Origin: Pseudoalteromonas tetraodonis
Lineage (GTDB): Bacteria; Pseudomonadota; Gammaproteobacteria; Enterobacterales; Alteromonadaceae
Length of the DNA: 32,000 bases
Direction of reading: 5' to 3'
NCBI RefSeq assembly: GCF_002310835.1
Contig: NZ_CP011041.1
Location: 2,220,001 to 2,252,000 of the forward strand
Part shown: positions 27,001 to 32,000 of the stretch, piece by piece
Position numbering within the stretch: position 1 is the stretch's first letter
How the letters are laid out: every line of letters starts with the position of its first letter
The notes under the pieces: generated by a model
Seen by the model: only the letters and a program-made list of their open reading frames with translations
What the model was told of the DNA's origin: nothing
The model's database searches: none
Program-made: the position numbers and the translations under genes

Positions 27001-27685
27001 GCTCGCCCTGATTTATTGTCACGTTGGTGATATTGAACTGCTCAACATTGATGTTAAGTGGCGAGATAAAATAGATATTGGGTAAAGCTGGTAATTCCTT
27101 AATAGCTGTTGTTGTTTGTTGATTAGCCGCTGCTTGTTGAGCTGCGGTTTGCTCTTTTAATACCACATTAATACGAGGAATGGTTAAGCGTTTAATTGTA
27201 ACATCAGACCCTTCAGCCTTTGCCGACAATTGCAGAGTGTTAAGTGTTACATTTGCACTTGAATGATTTAAAATAAATTCATCAATAGCTAGATTTTTTA
27301 ATGCAATATTAAAGGGTAAGGTTATTTTTTCTACTGCTTCGGTTGGCGTATCGTCTTTATTTTCAGCGCTTTTTGGCAAGGTTAATTTAATCGACTTAGC
27401 GCTTAAATTATCAATACAAATACCATCACATTGCCACCAAAATAAATCTATCTTTAGTTGCTGTGCATTAACGCTTAAGCCATTTTGGTCAAACTGTAAG
27501 TTAAATGCGTCATTGTATAAAAATCGGCCATTTTTTATTTCAATGGTTAATCCATCAACCAATTTATTCGCTGTATAAGCAAGCAATTGATTACCAGGGG
27601 CGGTAAACAAAACGCAAAACAGTGTAACTAACAGCGTTGCTAAAACGGCGCTAATTATCGCCGTTACTTTTTTAAATACTGACAT
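23999..27685 (-). CDS. tamB: translocation and assembly module inner-membrane subunit TamB
   Basis: 1228-aa ORF with an N-terminal signal-anchor and a long beta-rich repetitive body. The C-terminal DUF490-like region ends ...VDILYKFDWD. Immediately downstream of, and overlapping, tamA. Confidence 0.88.
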   Translation of the reverse strand: MSVFKKVTAIISAVLATLLVTLFCVLFTAPGNQLLAYTANKLVDGLTIEIKNGRFLYNDAFNLQFDQNGLSVNAQQLKIDLFWWQCDGICIDNLSAKSIKLTLPKSAENKDDTPTEAVEKITLPFNIALKNLAIDEFILNHSSANVTLNTLQLSAKAEGSDVTIKRLTIPRINVVLKEQTAAQQAAANQQTTTAIKELPALPNIYFISPLNINVEQFNITNVTINQGEQHYSIDDIALQMSVEDATIKVQSLSAGYQQWQLNTQLDATLEGAMPINGNISLKGNEHGATLDINGDLAKLNIALDTTGLFPLNLRATANLKQKNYPFSVNGKINQWLINTQNNELKVKNINLSAQGNANDYELSLTGNTQLDAYPSVDLNAQLKGTLTKATLETLALKTNDSAANIQAQLDWQQGIKADFTGVLSNLKAQYLTDALTSDVSGTFKGVFNAQVDTWQLQMNNTKLAGFLNNVPLEFAANFKLDNQLKADIDSFYLSSGANKLTLNGQVDDTWQVDGDITLNSDEQANLPFIANGKADLKVRGNRLTPSVNLAVILDRFIFNEININKLAIKSQLDTAADWQTDLSVNVASALVAGQQINNINIAASGDKTDHQLSASIDAEKGAVELELNGKMKNAIWNGELSDITLSDKKLSFNNTKKISVMVNTQNGDFDVSAHCWQSAQSKLCIDTLSQTKALGQFNAKLANLSLAELKHLLPDNIRTRGDLTGDFAANWQSGALKTLRANVNSNGLNAVLTSEEDRFKLPIETLSIRAFSDSQVGKIEANLASSVLGKIATDINIDDIQNTQTLSGNVNIDKILLSDIQPFLDTLEQLKGAISGQVTLAGTLKDPQLDGELNIADINLEGEQLPVALKDSNIHILFNKTTATIKGNLSDPQGGQVKLTGDVDWQGEQPAVNVAVVGNEFFVRAQQGVIFKVSPDLKIGIADNALNLVGEVVVPYGRIEIEELPEGAVQVSDDEIIIDQKTQAAKKVPFDYDVDLKVTVKNDVKVESFGLKSKVTGDLALKMSQGTPIIATGELNLIEGTYLAFGQDLIIRTGQVGFSGAIDKPYLNIKAIRNPDNTADGVIAGVTLTGSVEQPTLKVFSEPAMDQAQALAYLLNGQPLGEGDSSTDAMLTQLLLSQGVSRSEGVVSKVGETFGLSDVSLSSKGSGEQTKVEISGYIAPSLQVKYSVGVFDSLSEVAVRYQLLSKLYIEITSGLYQNVDILYKFDWD

Positions 27686-29412
27686 TAAATTTCAGGCCCT
27701 ATGGTAATACTTAAACGGGTACTTTTACTTTCTTTTGTGAGCCCCCACGCGTGATCAACTCTTATCGGACCAACCGGTGTTAAATAACGAAAACCAAATC
27801 CTGCACCTACTTCAAATTGTTCTGAAAAATCATTGGTTGCGGTCCCCCCATCAACAAACAGCGCAGCTCGCCAATTTTTAGCAAATTGGTAGTTGTATTC
27901 AACGGTACTCGCTAATAAATATTTACCACCAATACGCTCACCCTGCTCGTTTTGCGGAGAAATCGACTGATAAGCAAAACCCCTGACACTTTGATCGCCA
28001 CCGGCATAAAATCGCAAAGAAAATGGCACATTATTTATATCATTAACAATCATTGCGCCCACGTTTGCTTTTAAAAAGATCAGATGGCGGTCAAGGTAAG
28101 TACGTAACCAAGCATGCTGTAATTGAACTCTAACCAAATTGGTACTTGAGAGTAAGCTATCGAGTCCAAACTCAGCTGAAATAGACCACTGCTCCCCCCA
28201 ATAAGGTGTGGTGCCACCCTTTGATTGTTTACGCGCATAACTGATCCCAGGCATTAACATTTCAGTTGTTTTTTCTTCGTCATCCCCTATGCGGTAGGTT
28301 TCTTGCTCGCGCCTTAAAAAAGCCGTTCGTACCCATTTATGCTCAGTTAACCACTGGCGCTGTAACTGACCTGTTAGTATTTCACTGTAGGTTTCATTGG
28401 TTAATTCATCTTCCAACTTATAACCGACAGAAAAGCGCCATAAATCATCGTTCGGATCATTCACCGGCACGGTGTAAGCCATGGAAATATCTTGCTGTTT
28501 TTGAGAAACATTTAAATTGCTTTCAAGATAGTGCCCGTTATCGGTGATCCATGGTTTACTCCATTTAAAACGTACTTTCGGCCCTAAATCTGTACTAAAG
28601 CCACCACCAATTTCATAACTATTTTCTGGTTTATGTAACACATCCACTTTTATAGGAACTTGCTTGTTTTTTCTCGCTGTAATATCGGCGTAAACACGCA
28701 CGCTCTTAAAATAAGGGGTACTTGATAAATCAAGATTATAATCGGCAATATAGGATGCTTTGTACGACTGACCCATTTTAAATGGCGCCAAAGAGCGGAT
28801 ATATTTTTCGGCTGGAGTATTTCTGGCAATTAAAATATCACCAAATTGATAACGAACTCCGCTATCAATAGTAAAAGTAATGGTTGCGCTGTGTTTTTGG
28901 AGTGATACTTCAAATTTTCTAACAGGCCATTTTGCATCGAAATATCCATACTCTAGCAATACTGACTCTATTTTTTTATGCGCGCTGCTATAAACCCCAT
29001 GATTTAAAATATCACCTTGTTTTAAATTAAGATTTTCAATCGTTTTTTGAACGAACGGATCCTGTTTTGCTTCACCATTAACCGTTATATTAAGTGACTC
29101 AATACGTGTGGCTGGGCCTCGCTCTATATTTACAACAAGTTCGCGCTCGTCTTTATCAAAATCAATATTTACTACTGGACTATAATAACCTAAGGCTTTG
29201 ATACTGTTCTCAACTTGCGTTTTTGCATACCGACGAAGTGTACGGGTTGGTTTTTCACCAACAAGTTGTTTTAAATAAAGTGCAACGTTATTTTCTAAGT
29301 CGCCACTGATCCCTTTAATTTCATAATCTTCAATTATATTTTCAGAGGCAATAGAAGACAGGCTTACTAACAAGCAAAAAAAACAAAAAAACTTTAAAAG
29401 CTGATTGAACAA
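27685..29412 (-). CDS. tamA: translocation and assembly module outer-membrane subunit TamA (Omp85 family)
   Basis: 575-aa ORF with a signal peptide and POTRA-like N-terminal repeats. The C-terminal beta-barrel ends with the aromatic-rich GFGFRYLTPVGPIRVDHAW motif. Confidence 0.88.
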   Translation of the reverse strand: MFNQLLKFFCFFCLLVSLSSIASENIIEDYEIKGISGDLENNVALYLKQLVGEKPTRTLRRYAKTQVENSIKALGYYSPVVNIDFDKDERELVVNIERGPATRIESLNITVNGEAKQDPFVQKTIENLNLKQGDILNHGVYSSAHKKIESVLLEYGYFDAKWPVRKFEVSLQKHSATITFTIDSGVRYQFGDILIARNTPAEKYIRSLAPFKMGQSYKASYIADYNLDLSSTPYFKSVRVYADITARKNKQVPIKVDVLHKPENSYEIGGGFSTDLGPKVRFKWSKPWITDNGHYLESNLNVSQKQQDISMAYTVPVNDPNDDLWRFSVGYKLEDELTNETYSEILTGQLQRQWLTEHKWVRTAFLRREQETYRIGDDEEKTTEMLMPGISYARKQSKGGTTPYWGEQWSISAEFGLDSLLSSTNLVRVQLQHAWLRTYLDRHLIFLKANVGAMIVNDINNVPFSLRFYAGGDQSVRGFAYQSISPQNEQGERIGGKYLLASTVEYNYQFAKNWRAALFVDGGTATNDFSEQFEVGAGFGFRYLTPVGPIRVDHAWGLTKESKSTRLSITIGPEI

Positions 29413-29592
29413 GTAAATATCCTTACTGTGGTATCCATAAAATAAACCGCTAGACAGAGATATACTACCATAGCCACAATGAGCCTAACATTAACTTAAT
29501 CGCAATTAACACTCAAAGATGCAGTCAAAATTTAGTACGCGTTAACGGTTTATTTTGGTTACAATAGCTATAACGAGTACAAAATAAAATTA

Positions 29593-29937
29593 ATGAGTTT
29601 TTTAATGCAATTCCCTGATGATGACAATGGCCAGCTACTTGCTGAAATTTCCGCCGCTGGTGTAGATTTAAGTAAAATGCAACAAATTGATTTTTACATT
29701 TTATTTGAACAACAGGTTGATGCCGAAAAATTTGCAACTGAGATTGTAAACGATGCATTAGTGCAAACTGCTGATGTTGAAAAATGCAAAGATACCGGCG
29801 TTTGGGAAGTAATTGCCCATGTACAAATGGTGCCTGAACATGCACTGTTAGGCCAAGCAGAACAATACATTGAAAGCATAGCGAACAGCTTTAATGGCTA
29901 TGGTGATGGTTGGGGATTAGACGCAGAAGAGGCATAA
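29593..29937 (+). CDS. RraB-family (regulator of ribonuclease activity B-like) acidic protein
   Basis: 114-aa acidic ORF. IDFYILFEQQVDAEKFA...WEVIAHVQMVP...NGYGDGWG matches the RraB domain pattern. The antisense ORFs 29525..29845 and 29694..29879 were rejected. Confidence 0.65.
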   Translation: MSFLMQFPDDDNGQLLAEISAAGVDLSKMQQIDFYILFEQQVDAEKFATEIVNDALVQTADVEKCKDTGVWEVIAHVQMVPEHALLGQAEQYIESIANSFNGYGDGWGLDAEEA

Positions 29938-29973
29938 TCCCTAATTTAAATGATGAATGATATCCAGCTTAGT

Positions 29974-31728
29974 CTATCGACTTAGCTGGTTTGCTTTTCT
30001 GAAGCTGCCTTTATAATCAAAAAGTTTATCTGCTACTTTCCAGCCATATTTCTTACTTTTTCGCGCAATCACAAAATCCGGTGGTATTAAATCAAACTGC
30101 GCTTTTATAACTTGCTCTGCACTGGTAAATTCAATGGGGGATTGGCCCAGACTTACACGCTTACCAAACTGCTGATGAAAGTAATACCGAGCACCTTTGT
30201 TTGATAAATCAAAAATTTCATCACAACTGGCTCCGTCTTCATCAAAATAAGTAATTTTTAACAATTGCTCTTTAAGTTTTACCACACTCAAGCCGCTACA
30301 ACGTAGGACTAATGCATCTTTAAGGTTTAACGCATTGCGCAGCTTATCATCTGGGTCGGCCATCACAGCATTACAATCATGGCATTTTCGAGCAGCTATA
30401 TCATTTTGTGCGCCGCACTGCTCACACTCTTTAAAACGAAAGCGGTAATCGCATTGCTCGCTTAAACCGTTATCATCTTCTAGCAAACCTTTACAACGCC
30501 TGCCGAAGTGCTCGATTACTTTGCCATCAGCATCTGTTTTGCCCCAAAATATATTGGCAAAGCCACACCCAGGACACAGCACTTGCACGGGTTCATTATC
30601 GCTATCGCCTTTTTTATCTCCCACTTCTGGGTAGAATAAATCAAAGCCATTGCCCGCATAGTCAATCACTAAACAATCATCTTTACCCTCAGCCAACCTC
30701 AAGCCTCTACCGACAATTTGCTGGTATAAACTTACCGACTCTGTGGGCCGTAAAATAGCAATAAAATCAACATGGGGGGCATCAAAGCCGGTAGTAAGAA
30801 CCGATATATTCACTAAATACTTTAATTTTTTAGCTTTAAATTGTTTAATTATTTTATCGCGTTCGCTATTTGGCGTATCCCCCGTGATCAGCGCACTGTG
30901 ATCCTCTGGTAGATAAGTCATTATCTCTTGTGCATGCATAACCGTAGCTGCAAAAATCATCACGCCGTAACGATTTTCACTGTATTGTATAACCTGTTGT
31001 AAAATTGTTTGAGTTGCACGGGTCGATTTTTTTAACAGCGCATTCATATCCTCATTGCTATATTGCCCAAATGCATTGCTAGTTAAAGATGAAAAATCAT
31101 AATGGCTAATTGCAGCATCAACCTCTTTAGGGGGCGTTAAATAGTTATGCTTGATCATATAGCGCAAAGGTAATTCAAAAATACAGTGTTTGAATGGACT
31201 CTCTTTATTGCCTCTTACAAACCCATGGTAATGATGCTGATAAATCCAGCCTAACCCAAGGCGGTAAGGCGTTGCTGTTAAGCCTAATACTTTTAATTCA
31301 GGGTTGTGAAATTTAAGTGCATTAATAACCTTACCGTATTGGCTTTTCTTTTCGCCATTTACTCTGTGACACTCATCAATAATAAGTAGTGAGTAGTGCT
31401 CATTAAGTTTGTCTAAATTACGTGATAACGACTGCACACTCGCAAAAGTGACCTGATGGGTTAACGACTTCTCTTTTAATCCTGCGGAAAATATACTCGC
31501 CTCAAGACCAAAGCTTTTATACTTTTGAGCATTTTGCTCAACTAATTCTTTTACGTGCGCCAACACCAATATTTTTTGTTTAGCAATACGCGCAAGCTCA
31601 GCTATCACTAAACTTTTACCCGCACCTGTAGGCAGCACAATGACAGCAGGATCATTGGTTTTTCTAAAGTGTAAAACGGTGCGTTCAACCGCCTCTTGCT
31701 GATAGGGTCTAAGGGTGTAGGTCATCAA
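29974..31728 (-). CDS. radD: SF2 DNA repair helicase RadD (YejH)
   Basis: 584-aa ORF. Motifs [25 protein letters not shown] and QIVGRGLR, plus C-terminal Cys-rich Zn fingers (CPGCG...CEQCG...CHDC). Length matches E. coli RadD. Confidence 0.85.
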   Translation of the reverse strand: MMTYTLRPYQQEAVERTVLHFRKTNDPAVIVLPTGAGKSLVIAELARIAKQKILVLAHVKELVEQNAQKYKSFGLEASIFSAGLKEKSLTHQVTFASVQSLSRNLDKLNEHYSLLIIDECHRVNGEKKSQYGKVINALKFHNPELKVLGLTATPYRLGLGWIYQHHYHGFVRGNKESPFKHCIFELPLRYMIKHNYLTPPKEVDAAISHYDFSSLTSNAFGQYSNEDMNALLKKSTRATQTILQQVIQYSENRYGVMIFAATVMHAQEIMTYLPEDHSALITGDTPNSERDKIIKQFKAKKLKYLVNISVLTTGFDAPHVDFIAILRPTESVSLYQQIVGRGLRLAEGKDDCLVIDYAGNGFDLFYPEVGDKKGDSDNEPVQVLCPGCGFANIFWGKTDADGKVIEHFGRRCKGLLEDDNGLSEQCDYRFRFKECEQCGAQNDIAARKCHDCNAVMADPDDKLRNALNLKDALVLRCSGLSVVKLKEQLLKITYFDEDGASCDEIFDLSNKGARYYFHQQFGKRVSLGQSPIEFTSAEQVIKAQFDLIPPDFVIARKSKKYGWKVADKLFDYKGSFRKANQLSR

Positions 31729-31867
31729 AGGTAAGAATTCTTAATCTAATTAATGGTTATGTTTTAGGAAGACAGCTTTATTTCACATTTGTTTAAATAA
31801 TTTATATTCATAAACTAATATTCAAACTGTTTATAAATTTAGAGAACTATATTATGTATAAATATAA

Positions 31868-31903
31868 AAAAATACCCTTAATCAAAATGATTAAGGGTAT
31901 TTA
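31868..31903. terminator. perfect 13-bp-stem hairpin, probable terminator for a minus-strand gene beyond the window
   Basis: AATACCCTTAATC-AAAAT-GATTAAGGGTATT is flanked by an A-run on the plus strand, which is a T-run on the minus strand. Confidence 0.5.
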
Positions 31904-32000
31904 ATTACATACTTAACTTATCTGCAATTCTAAGAAACTCTATTAGTATAAAAATATTATATTAATAGGTAATAGCTTTAAAATTTGTAAGTAGCTTGTA

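Noticed and set aside
29525-29879. Track ORFs 29525..29845 (-) and 29694..29879 (-)
   Set aside because: They are antisense to the RraB-family ORF, which has a recognisable domain pattern. The antisense products are His/Gln/Cys-rich low-complexity sequences typical of shadow frames.

Overview
Low-GC gammaproteobacterial chromosome segment. The gene content looks like a marine Alteromonadales/Pseudoalteromonas-type genome, but that is inference only. Positions 1-18.9 kb are an accessory island and 18.9-32 kb are conserved core. Island block 1 (1-10573) is entirely on the minus strand with tight spacing or overlaps. It reads: a PD-(D/E)xK NucS/DUF91-like gene, type I R-M hsdR-hsdS-hsdM, a non-canonical two-gene nuclease/ATPase module, and one more unknown ORF that runs off the window. 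The module is a 729-aa HNH+ABC-ATPase fusion whose stop overlaps a 287-aa stand-alone HNH protein paralogous to its own N-terminus. It is Septu-like but carries a duplicated nuclease. Island block 2 (10822-13348) holds four uncharacterised genes: a 51-aa Ala/Ser-rich protein, a 448-aa HTH-containing protein, an 83-aa two-TM protein and a 178-aa RHH-like protein with a perfect 18-bp palindrome upstream. Island block 3 (about 13386-18443) is a cargo-less Tn7-like core, tnsA-tnsB-tnsC(TniB-sized)-tniQ. It has a clear tniQ-distal end made of an array of AAAAAAGCACTATTA-type repeats ending ...GGACA. The tnsA-proximal repeat cluster is puzzling because its best copies have the same polarity as the far end. 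Core genes are a GNAT acetyltransferase, DUF2789, a small unknown gene, a Zn-ribbon protein, syd, queF, a cyclophilin lipoprotein, tamB-tamA, an rraB-like gene and radD. A 268-bp TA-flanked MITE sits exactly on the tamB stop codon. The best candidate for an undescribed system is 592-3631, possibly extended by 1-538, hard-wired to the type I R-M operon. All family assignments come from motif reading by eye; no database search was possible.
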